A DNA stretch of 64,000 bases from Dudresnaya verticillata (lineage: Eukaryota): positions 1,736,001-1,800,000 of the forward strand of contig OZ374565.1 in assembly GCA_977862235.1 (NCBI GenBank). The letters are read 5' to 3'. The stretch's first letter is position 1. Every line of letters begins with the position of its first letter. Shown piece after piece: positions 24,499 to 34,567 of this stretch. The position numbers were made by a program, and so were the translations under genes. The notes below the pieces were generated by a model. It made no database searches. It saw only the letters and a list, made by a program, of their open reading frames with translations, and was not told the DNA's origin.

Positions 24499-25740
24499 TT
24501 AGAACATTCTGGTCCCCATGATCTCTGCAAGGCGCTCGTTGGCTGGCGCATAGAAGCGGTTCAACGCTCTCCTCGTGCTTGGATAGATATCCGGCAGGTA
24601 TCTGTTGTCTCCATCATAGCCAGTGGTACCTGGTTCAATGCCCTCTCCAGTGCGGGCATGGTGCAATCCAACACTCTCGTTGATAGCATTGTCACGGTAC
24701 TTGCGCAGGAGGTCCGCCGGGTACGGGCGCACGCAGAAAAAGGAGGCGAGGTCCTGCATGACCGTCGAGTCGCCCTGGATGATATCAGAAAAGCGAATGA
24801 AGTGCGTACGGTGGGCTGGAAAGTAGTTGAGCCATTGCTCAATGTGCAGATGGTAGAGGCCACGGGTGACGTAAAGCTCGTGCTTGTAGCCGAAAAGCTT
24901 GGGATCAGATGGATACATGCAGTTCAGCAGCGCGGAGGTGTTGGTGGTGCCGACGAGGCGTGCGGTCTTGTAGTCGTAGCCGCAGCGGGCGAGGCTACTC
25001 ATCTCCTGACGGACGTACTCGTCGAACTGAGCCTTCGTGGCCGGCTGCGGCGGCGAGTTTGCGTAGTGGCTGCCCGCGTTGCGCAGACGCACGATCATGT
25101 TGTACTGGCTTATGGCGCGCTCGACGGGGTGACGCAGGAGCGCGACAATCTTGGCATGCGGGTTGAGCAGATAAGCCAGGTGGGCGACGCGGGCGGAGAG
25201 CATAGCGTCGATGGAGGCATCGTAGACAAGCATGCGGGCGTTCTGCGGGGCGTCGTCCACGAGGTTTGCCACGCTGGTGAGGTTGTGGGTCGGGAAGCCG
25301 GATTTCAAGTGCATGAGGCGGACCTTCTCGATGTCGGGGTGGGTGAACGCCCGGTGCATGGCCGTGGGCGGGTAGAGCGGGGTGTGGCTGTGGAGGTTTT
25401 GCAGCAAGAACCACTCCTTGCGCATGTGCTTGTGCAGGACGCGGAGGTCGTACATGCGGCGCGAGAGGGCGGATGTAGAGGCCTTCTGCGCGCCGATGAT
25501 GTAGGCGTCGACGTAGGCGCGCGCGGCGCGCTGCGCGGACACCCACTGCGCGCATGACTCAGGCGAACGGCGCCACGCGGAGAAGAGCGGAGCGGCGGCG
25601 GGCGGCGGCGGCGCGTAGGACGCCGTCGGATGGAGAAACGCGACGACGAGCAGCAGCAGCGTCGCAAGCAGCGGCAGCAGCACGACTAGGCGGCGCGCGT
25701 ACCAGCGCTGGGGGAGGAGCGGCGACGAGGACTTCCTCAT
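24499..25740 (-). CDS. Second sulfotransferase paralogue (413 aa from the ATG at 25740)
   Basis: MRKSS..., TM LVVLLPLLATLLLLVVAFL; IIGAQKASTS; LLRHPVERAISQYNM; colinear with 19769-21043. The upstream extension to 26220 looks non-coding. Confidence 0.92.
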   Translation of the reverse strand: MRKSSSPLLPQRWYARRLVVLLPLLATLLLLVVAFLHPTASYAPPPPAAAPLFSAWRRSPESCAQWVSAQRAARAYVDAYIIGAQKASTSALSRRMYDLRVLHKHMRKEWFLLQNLHSHTPLYPPTAMHRAFTHPDIEKVRLMHLKSGFPTHNLTSVANLVDDAPQNARMLVYDASIDAMLSARVAHLAYLLNPHAKIVALLRHPVERAISQYNMIVRLRNAGSHYANSPPQPATKAQFDEYVRQEMSSLARCGYDYKTARLVGTTNTSALLNCMYPSDPKLFGYKHELYVTRGLYHLHIEQWLNYFPAHRTHFIRFSDIIQGDSTVMQDLASFFCVRPYPADLLRKYRDNAINESVGLHHARTGEGIEPGTTGYDGDNRYLPDIYPSTRRALNRFYAPANERLAEIMGTRMF

Positions 25741-26491
25741 GGCGGTGGTGGTGCGCGCGGAGAAAGCATTGCGCTGCGCGTGGGAGTGAAGGGTTGTGAC
25801 GGTGTGATGAGTGAGCGGTGGATGGCAGCGCGTCGGCGCGTCGGCACTGCAAAAGGCGCTTCGTAGGCGGTGAGATACACTTACTGTGGTGGAGCAGTGT
25901 CTCACGTAACACGTTACGGACTGCGCAAAGGAGCTGCACGACGGAGCTCTTTTAGCGTTCAAGCGGGGCCCAGCGGCGGCCGGTCGGCTCTCTGCTTCTC
26001 GGATGCCACGGTCAAGCTCGACCATCTCCTGCGACAAAGGCTCGGAGAGCTCCTGCGCCGATAGCGAAAGACGTGGTTGTCTGCAAAAAGCAATGCATCT
26101 GGAACTACCCCTCCGGTTCATCCACAGCAAGCACAGGGTGTCCACCTCCTCTCTCCCATGCACAACACGCGCTCCACATCTTCGACGCCCCTGCTGACGC
26201 GTACAAGCCTTACCGTCCACGGCGTCGCGCTAGCGACGTTTGCTTTCTGCGGCGGCGGCGACTGCGTAGCGACGCTCGCCCATGCGTCAGCCTCGTGCAC
26301 TACCGTGCTTCGCAGCACGCTCACCTCGCAGCTCGCGGCAAAGCTCCGTCCACATCTCGCCAGCCGCTGCGTGCTCAGTGCTCAACTACCCGACGCGAGC
26401 ACAACCAGCAACCGCAGCGGCCGCGCAACGCCACGCCACCAAGCAACCACGGCACATGCCAGCAACCAGCGAAGCGGCGACCCGGGAGAAA

Positions 26492-26605
26492 GGCGCGTGC
26501 AGAGAGCCAGCGGCGTCGCATCGCGGCGGCGCGTGCAGAGAGCCAGCGGCGTCGCATCGCGGCGGCGCGTGCAGAGAGCCAGCGGCGTCGCATCGCGGCG
26601 GCGCG
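26492..26605. repeat. 36-bp perfect tandem repeat, 3 copies
   Basis: ggcgcgtgcagagagccagcggcgtcgcatcgcggc x3, in a GC-rich tract upstream of the second sulfotransferase. Confidence 0.92.
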
Positions 26606-28200
26606 CGGCGCCGCCCGGCACGGTTGGGCGGGCAGGCACGGCACGGCCGCGGGCGGCAAGTTTGACGACGCGCGCCGCGCGCGCCTCATCGGGCGGCGGT
26701 GTGGCACGGCGTGGTGCCGCGCCGCTTGGCGGGGGCGCTGGACGGGAAGGAAGGGCGCGGCGTCGGAGCCGCGGGGTGTTGGGCGGGCGGCGGCGGACGG
26801 GCGGCGAAATGGGCGGAGTGAAGACGCGGGACGTCCGGTGATCGGGATCCGGCGCGGGATGTGGGCGATCGCGATCGGCTTGTTGTACGGTCGAAATTGC
26901 GGAAGAGCGCGACACGGAAGAGATCAAATCATCATCATACCTTCAGCTTGAGATACTTGCTGTTGTAAAGGGACGTTTGCCTGTTGTAAACGCGCCACCC
27001 TTTCCTGCACCTTCCTCGTCGCGGCACGTTCGTTCATCAGTGGGTTCATTCAGAACGACTCTGCTCGTTGCAGTCCTTGCGCCCGAAAGTGCGCCATCTC
27101 ATAAATGCGGTTACTGTTCGTTTTAGCCCCAACGTTAAAGCCCCGCACTATGTATTCCTCTTTGGCTCCAACGATAAACCCGTCACGCCACGCCCGTCAC
27201 ACCTTCGCCCTGGTAGGTACACTCCCCCAGTGCCCTCAAAACATTGAAACATATAGACAGCTACAACAACTGTATGCTTTTCATGTCGCTATTGGTTTGG
27301 AACAAGCAGATTCAGTCCAGACTACTATTAGCGAACTCGCATGACCCGCGAATACAACGGTTGGCGTACCACTGTATGCTCCTCGTGACACCTTGAAGTG
27401 ACGGCCGTACCCCGAACTACAACAAGTGCTTCTCTGAATGCACCGAACGGTTTCACCTGTGTCATACATCCGTCGTGTTTCATTCTCGCTTCCAACCTAT
27501 TTCCCGATTTCTTGTTGTACTTTTCCTCCTCCACACCCCCTTCTATCGTCTGACAGACACTGCTCTCGGCTGTTTTTTACTTCGTTAACAACTTTCCTGC
27601 TTTGCGTCGCCCGTACTGCCCATCTTCTGCTAGAGATGTTATACCGCAAAACTGAGATGCGGGCTTATTTTGAGACGAAACCGCTACCCTGACTGCCCTG
27701 TCTTGTATCCACCCTCCGCCATTGCCAAGACCTCTGCATTATTTGACCCCGCATTCGCAACAGCATAGACACCCTTCTCCGCTGGAGCTTCGTCGCGCTT
27801 TCTATCATCTACGGAGAACCGTACTCTCCTAGCAAGAGTATCCTGTTCACTTTAATGGAGACCTTTATGCATAGGAAGATCCCTTTCCAATAGCGATCGA
27901 AAAGATAGAATGTCGCTCACCACACAAGTTGTAGGTGTTGCAAGCGTTGATAAGCCTCGAGTACAGCTTGCGAGAACAGGATCCAATCTCCAAGGCCATC
28001 AGTCCCCCTAATCGTGGGATATCCGAAACGTTCTGCTGACCTTGTATGTCTACGGGTAGCCGTATGGCCATACTCTTAACTTTTTCAAACCAGGTGAGCT
28101 ACTTTCCAAAGAAAGACTCACCAAGCTGTTGCTAGGCTATTCAGCAACGACCGGTACCCCTGGGGTACTTCCAGTTCCAGTTCCAGACCTGTCCCTTGTA

Positions 28201-29514
28201 TCACACCCTTGCCTGCCGATACCGGGCTGCGTAAATGTATCCAGCAGCCGGAATTGTAGCGCCCACGAGACCCAGGACAGGGCCGAGCCATCTCCATATC
28301 GAAGGTTTTCCGTTCGGAGGTTCCGGGTTAGACGTTGAAGATTTCGACGGAATAGGGGTCCCCGGTTGGATAGTAACGCCTGTTGGAGATGAGCTTGCAT
28401 CAGACACTGACGGGCCTGGTGTTGGTGTAGATGACGGCATCGCTGACGGCGTCACTGAGGGAGATTCCGACGGCGATGGGGAAACTGCACTCCCAGGGTT
28501 ACTATCTATCGATAGTGACATACGGGCAAAGACGGGCGGATCAATTGTCGTGGGATCGGGACTGTTGTCAACGCGGACCATTGCAGCATCTCCATCCTGA
28601 TCCGGACCCCATGAAATTGTGGCTGCCTTCTTCGAATCAAGGCCGGAGAAACAATGCATGGAGGTGCAGCTCCCGGTGTACGCACAACCGGGTGGCTCAA
28701 CTCCTTCCTTGCAATTCGCTGCACAGACGGATCGCGGGATACATACAGTTTTGAGAAGTGCCTGAATATATTCGTCAGCTGCTGAAGTCTGACAAAACCT
28801 GCACTGAGTGAAAACAAAAACGACCTCCATAATCACACTTTTGTAGTCTTCACATGCTGCTCGGCACTGAGTGGCGTTACCATCACCGTTTCGACCGTCG
28901 GCGAGTTTGTCACTGCTACTACATTCACCAGTCGTGGAGGTCTCGAAAAGAAGCGTGTCACCACTGTCCTCACATCTCTCGACGAATTGGTCCTCTGGGC
29001 TCAGAGCAGAGTCTCTAATGCTGCTTGTGGAGAAACCATCTGAGGAAATGATGGAGCCAGGCCCAGTATGCGTGATGCGGATCAGTTGCGCCGGTGTACC
29101 CGAAGGAGACTTGAAACAGATTTGCGAGGTGCAAGACCCTGAATACACACACCCAGGATCCTCGGCGCCACACTGCTTGATGCAGACGCCCCTTGGCACA
29201 CAAATGATCCATTTGGATGAACTAGAGGTAGCGGTGAACTGGGCTGCATCCGAGGTTGCTGCGAATTGGCAAGAGGAAGTGATGGAGGTCACCTCCATTG
29301 ACGCAGAACTGAAAGTTGAACAGCCCACGCGGCATTGGCTCGTCAGCGATCCTCGCCCATCAACTAGAGCAATAGTTTCCCGTCCAGAGCAAGTTGCAGA
29401 CCTTGGAAATAAGGGAAGTTCTTGGGCTTCTGTGATCTTGCTTTGGTAGGTATACGTGAAGCATACGAGTGCGAAGAACAGACTGCGGCGGAGCGTTCGC
29501 TCATTCTGCTCCAT
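28201..29514 (-). CDS. Type I membrane/cell-surface protein with two Cys-rich repeats, a Ser/Pro/Thr stalk and a C-terminal TM
   Basis: Likely start MEQNERTLRR followed by hydrophobic SLFFALVCF; repeats QCRxxC...CvPRxvC...PGCxYxGSCTSxxCF; TM WRWLGPVLGLVGATIPAAGYIYAA. The start could lie upstream (ORF open to 29634). Confidence 0.85.
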   Translation of the reverse strand: MEQNERTLRRSLFFALVCFTYTYQSKITEAQELPLFPRSATCSGRETIALVDGRGSLTSQCRVGCSTFSSASMEVTSITSSCQFAATSDAAQFTATSSSSKWIICVPRGVCIKQCGAEDPGCVYSGSCTSQICFKSPSGTPAQLIRITHTGPGSIISSDGFSTSSIRDSALSPEDQFVERCEDSGDTLLFETSTTGECSSSDKLADGRNGDGNATQCRAACEDYKSVIMEVVFVFTQCRFCQTSAADEYIQALLKTVCIPRSVCAANCKEGVEPPGCAYTGSCTSMHCFSGLDSKKAATISWGPDQDGDAAMVRVDNSPDPTTIDPPVFARMSLSIDSNPGSAVSPSPSESPSVTPSAMPSSTPTPGPSVSDASSSPTGVTIQPGTPIPSKSSTSNPEPPNGKPSIWRWLGPVLGLVGATIPAAGYIYAARYRQARV

Positions 29515-31271
29515 ATCGCGAAGGGAGGGATTTTTGAGCCTCACGGAACTGAGATGCATCCGTTTCAAGGTCGCCAGAGCCACTGCGTCACTTCGGCACC
29601 CCAGATGTGTGTTTACCAAGGTCCGCAAAAACACTCAGCAAAAACACTTAAGCGCATGAGCGGGTGTGGATATTGTTAAGGAAACGCGTTAGAAGTGGGT
29701 GCAGAAGATGAGCGCTAAGATATGAGGGCAGAATGAAAAGTGCCTGCCAAGCTGTTGACAGTGACATCGCATAACCTTGAGAGCCTGATCCTGAGTGGTG
29801 TGACCTGTGGGATATCTACCCTCCTCCGACCCCATGGAATAATTCTCCTGTAGTTCAGTAGTATCGCCACGTAGGGGTCAATTCTGGTATGCAACAGTAT
29901 GATGCACTATCTACGGCTCGGTACATGTAGTTTCAATAGCTTGTTGTCACACCTGCACCTCCAGATACGGTTGCGCTACATTTCGAGGAGGGAGGGGCTT
30001 GGATTCAAAAAGATTTGTCCTCTTATTGTCCCTTCTAGAGCCGTTGTTCCTGTTCTGTAGTAGGTCCGCTTAGCCGCGGCTAACAGTTGGCGCAGTTCTC
30101 TCGAATACCTTTCCCTGGTGATCTCCGAGACACCTACTAGAAGAGCTGTCGTTCCCTTCGTTCAAACCAGACCAGATGAACACCGAACCACACCATTGGC
30201 TACGTCATACATTAGTCACACTATAAAGCTACGCATGGCAAACACAAGAGTACTGCACATGACTAGAATCTGCATAAACCATACCCATATTTCTGGCAAG
30301 TGCTGCTTTCCCCTTCAAAAGACCAAATTCGACGCACTATAGCGCTATCCGGAAGAAGGACGGCGCCGGTTTACAGCCATCACCGGCTACCGCTGGCTCT
30401 GCAACTCGCGGACCATCAAGACAGGAAGCTATCCACACGCTGTGTGAATCTGGCATCTGGGGACTTTCCCGATCCCACCCAGCTGCCCAGCCGCCCGCCT
30501 CGCGCTGCGATCGCCCGCACAGACACTGTCACTTTAGACAATCCCAGACCCCGATCCATCCGCTGCCGCCGCGTCTGCGACGCACTACGAGCCATCCGTT
30601 GTATATGCCTCCAAGACTACCCCTCACGGCAAGCCTCTCAGTAGACCTGTCTACCCACCACCTCAACCCCATTCTGTAGTGTACCACTCCCCGCCCTCGA
30701 AAAGCAAATAGGCCAAAGTCGCCCACGGGGGACCACGTTAAACCAAAAATAAAATACAGCAACACATCGGCGTCAGTGCCATCCGCGAGACGTAACATCT
30801 TCGCTCATATTGCAATTTTGCAAAGCTTTGCAGGGATTCCGAGCTCTCATGATCATCTTCGGGATCGCGTTAAGCGTTTTATTTCAGACTATCGCCCGCC
30901 CACATGGCGTGCGCCTTGAAGTTGAACATCGTTTCGATTATTCGGATAAGCATGGTCCTCGTAGCTCTGTCCCCAACGCTGCCCGAACACGTGCTGAACG
31001 CGTGCGTGACGAGCGTCATGCTGCTTCTGGTTGTCTCCAACATTCTGTTGATCCACGTGACCAGCTGCGTATGGATCTTTTCGTTGATGATCGTGGCTTT
31101 GCCCCCGAACCCCCATGGATTTGATGTCTCGGTCGTCAGTCCCCATTCTATTTATGGCTCCACTGGTCGCGTTGCTGGCGAAGAACTTTCCACCCGCGAA
31201 CGCGGCAAACGCTCCCATTACCGCGGTTTGTGCGCTAGTTTGGATATGGTTCTCCATTCTATGGTTGTAGA

Positions 31272-31493
31272 TATGAATTATCGTTGATCGACTTCCTTCG
31301 TGTTGCATACTCTCTCTGTTTCGTGTAGGATATACTAATTCAAAGGATAGCTTTTCATGTACTTCAAAGCATGAGGGATGAAAGTCGGAAGAAGCCTTGA
31401 TCCAAGATACCCAGTTCTATCCTAGTAAAACCTGTTCTACAATTTACCGCTACTGCTGCTAATCTGCTAATCCCTTATTCCATTTCATGCATA
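31272..31493 (+). repeat. Copia 5' LTR (lacks ~110 bp present in the 3' LTR)
   Basis: Matches 55277-55605 at both ends; TATGAA...TGCATA. Confidence 0.9.
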
Positions 31494-31506
31494 GTTATGG
31501 GCCCAG
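31494..31506 (+). promoter_or_regulatory. Primer-binding site GTTATGGGCCCAG (half-tRNA-iMet type)
   Basis: Directly after the 5' LTR; same as the internal tRNA-iMet PBS used by Drosophila copia. Confidence 0.8.
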
Positions 31507-31519
31507 ATTCAATAACCGC

Positions 31520-32658
31520 TCTGCCGTCTCGTCCACGCTTTTCTTGGGACATAAAGAATGTGCCTTGGACAGATGGAAAAGGAAACCAAGAGGAGAAAGC
31601 CCAATCCGTCAGTTTGTGGAATGCATTTCATGATCTGTTGCACGATTCAAACTGAAATAAGATACCCATTCAGCTTCGTGGTATTATGCTACAATCTCAA
31701 TTATATGGAGGAGCAAAAGATCTGCGCAAGTCTATACCGGATAATGTGATACAATCAGACACTGGCTCTAAGGCCGTCGTCAACGCTGTTTTCAAACGAG
31801 ATGCTCTTTCAGTTTTCAGTGAAGTGTACCAAAATTTTATTACCCTCCTCAACACTAAGAGGGGATCTACTGAAACATACAAAAACTTCGAGTCAAGATT
31901 CAATGCTAATATTTCCAAGTTCAAAGCTTATTCAAGTGATACTCAGCTCCCCGAATCGCTCACCGCATTCATGCTCCTTGGTAACTCTGGTTTGGATAAC
32001 GGCCAAAGCATTTCCGTTCTTGCATCTGCTTCCAACAACTCCCAAATGTCTCCAGGCGCTACCACAAATGAATACCTGAAGACGATCTCATATGAAAAAT
32101 TGCCTCTCTACTGAGACAATGTGACCAAGTGAGAAACGAACAATACGATTCATTATTAACTAATGCCGCAAATGCGAATTTTCGACCCTTCACCAGACCT
32201 GATACGCAACGTATCAGCCAACGCCTCTCCCCAGAGCAGCTCGCCAATCTTAAAGGCCGAAGCAAATATCATAAATGCCAAACATATGGCCAGGGGCAGT
32301 CTGACCACAACGAAGATGGAACGTTAAAAGCTGAGGTTCAGTCAAAAGATCAGCAACCTCGTCAGATACTCCATCAAGTTCTCAGGCTTCGAAGGAAACT
32401 TTTACGTTCAACATGGTTCAGCTCCTAGATTCAGATATTGGAATTACTGATTCGTTTGTAGGTCCACTTCTCGACGATGGTGGTCCTTATAGTGTGGTAT
32501 GGGGTTTTCTGAATTTAAGTTACTACAAAACCTGATCTTACCTGATTGGAACGGCGAACTGGAACCTATACCCCCACAGCTTAAATCATGTGCGTATTGG
32601 CAGTATGGATCTGGAAAGCATGCCAGTGATGCCAGAAGAATAATTGGATCTATCGTCA
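31520..32658 (+). pseudogene. Copia gag and N-terminal protease, frameshifted
   Basis: MLQSQLYGGAKDL...FESRF; degenerate knuckle KYHKCQTYG; protease GPLLDDGGPYS. The frame rejoins across element B as IIGSIVLHARTD. Confidence 0.82.
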
Positions 32659-33492
32659 TGTGGCATAGCTGTAAGACCAGCTGTGCCACGCATGCGCAGC
32701 TGTAAGACCAGCTGCGCCACGTGTGCACTGCTGTGCGCACGCTGTCAGCCGGTGGCGCCGAAGCCCCGCTGAACTGTAAGGAAGTGCGCAGTGGCGCCCG
32801 CGCGTGCACGTGTACACGTGTGACACTGAAACTCCCATGTAATTTCTACGTTTATTGTTGTGTAGTGTACAGCACCGTCTAGTGTAAGCGGCGGTCGAAC
32901 GCCCTGCTCTCCTGTGCGCCGTGCGCACGCACTCCGGCGCAGAGCCGTTGAGTGCGTGACACGCGCACGCGTACTCCGGCGTCGAGCCGTTGAGTACGTG
33001 TGGGCCGTTCTGCCCACACGCGCCCCGGGTTAACGTTACCTGTACGCGTCGACGCGTGTTGGGGCGCGCCGGCACACCTCCCGGGTTGGTGCCGCCGCAG
33101 GCCCTGTAGTATATTTAGTAGTCGACCCTCTGGGTTTGAGTAAACAAAGAACGCCAGCCAACGCCAGGCTTGCCCCTTTCCGCTTTGGGTTTCTTTCCCA
33201 ATCCTTCACCCTACGGCTTCCCCTCTTTCCTAGCCGCCTAGGTTTTCCTTTTCGTTTCCCTACCGTCGGCTTCGTGGCGCCCCACGACTGAGACGCAGGG
33301 ATCCGGCCGTTACCGCCCGCGTACGGTACGCCCGGTGTGCGCTCAGGCTTCGACTGTTGATCCGCGACCGTCGACGGCTCGCGCGGCCGCCACCACCGCT
33401 CCACCACCACCGCTACCACCCTTCGACGGGTCTGGGTGCTACTACGAGACCAGCTGCGCTAGACGTCAGTTCGACCTGACGTCTACTCCAAA
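32659..33492 (+). repeat. 5' LTR of element B
   Basis: Starts TGTGGCATAG; direct repeat of 51070-51905; followed by the PBS. Confidence 0.92.
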
Positions 33493-33645
33493 CTGGTCTC
33501 CCGACCTAGAATAGAACTAGGGAAAACACTGGTCTCCCGAGCTACAAGTCGCCGAAGACCCTATTACCTCTCGTGTCGACGCGATCGAGGCCAAGAATGC
33601 CGCCGCTACCTATTTCAGCCGCTGCCGGTTCGGCAGACGCCGCGT

Positions 33646-34496
33646 TGTGGTATAGACGCTATCCGTGAAACGACTCCGTGGTCTACGTGAAAATAATCGA
33701 GAAATACTAATTTCAAGATGACTTCGTGAATGCGTACGCCACGATGGAAAACGTATTACAGCAATGCATACGGTGCGCGCGCCACAATGGCATACGCATT
33801 ACAGCACGCACGTGAGACGAAATCGCTGACACCTCCGGACGAATCCCGATCCGACTTCGTGATCGCTGGCGCCACGATGGCATTCGCATTACAGTGCGCA
33901 CCCGATACGAAATCGCTGACACCTTCGTGACTTTCCCGTTGTTTCCCGCGCGTAACGGCACCGGGGCCCACGAGACACGCGCACCTCCGTATGCATTGCT
34001 GGCGCACTTCGCAACCGCCACCATACGTGAGGCGACCGTTCGCTGGCACCGAGGCCGTTACGAATCATTCGAGTACGAACCGTCTCCCGAGTTGACGCGC
34101 ATTCGTGCTCACGTAGTACTACTTAGCCAGTCGTCTGGCACAACCTCCGAGGGTTTCCGGCAAGCGACTAGCGCCCGGACCTCGGAGTCTTCGGTAAACG
34201 CTGTTACTTCAAGTTCGGTGTCTTCGTCTTCGTGACCGTGGATACGGTCGAGCCTCGCTTTCGATAGCCTCGCGCACCCGGAGTTATCCCCGGTGATCGA
34301 TCGCTCGAGTTCTCCCTTCCGCACACGAATACGTTGACACCGTGGTCCTTCGTGTTAGCCGCTCCGCTCTACCACGCTACCACCCCGTTTTTGTTTCTTC
34401 GTTAGGCTACGAGGCCATTCGCTAGGCTCCGAGGCCATTCGCTTACAGTGCGAGACTTCCCCGCGTCTCCGTGGACTTCGTTTTCGTTATACCACA
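33646..34496 (+). repeat. 5' LTR of element C
   Basis: Direct repeat of 42825-43675; contains internal repeats gccacgatggcattcgcattacag. Confidence 0.95.
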
Positions 34497-34567
34497 CTGG
34501 TCTCCCGACCTAGAACGTGGTCCCGAAGTTTCGCATTTATTCGTAATTCGTTTCTATCCGAGACACG

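Noticed and set aside
24658..25557. 299-aa plus-strand ORF and other overlapping ORFs
   Set aside because: Antisense shadow of the GC3-rich sulfotransferase.
25741..26951. N-terminal extension of the sulfotransferase and 250-290 aa Arg/Ala-rich ORFs
   Set aside because: GC-rich tract open in several frames, with no protein-like features.
30600..31266. Minus-strand degenerate coding sequence continuing at 55611-56700 across the Copia
   Set aside because: The frame rejoins (NTAIDIYNHRM) but has many stops and no recognisable motif, so it cannot be assigned.
33713..34324. ORFs repeated at 42886-43503 and 58215-58950
   Set aside because: Translations of LTR copies, not genes.
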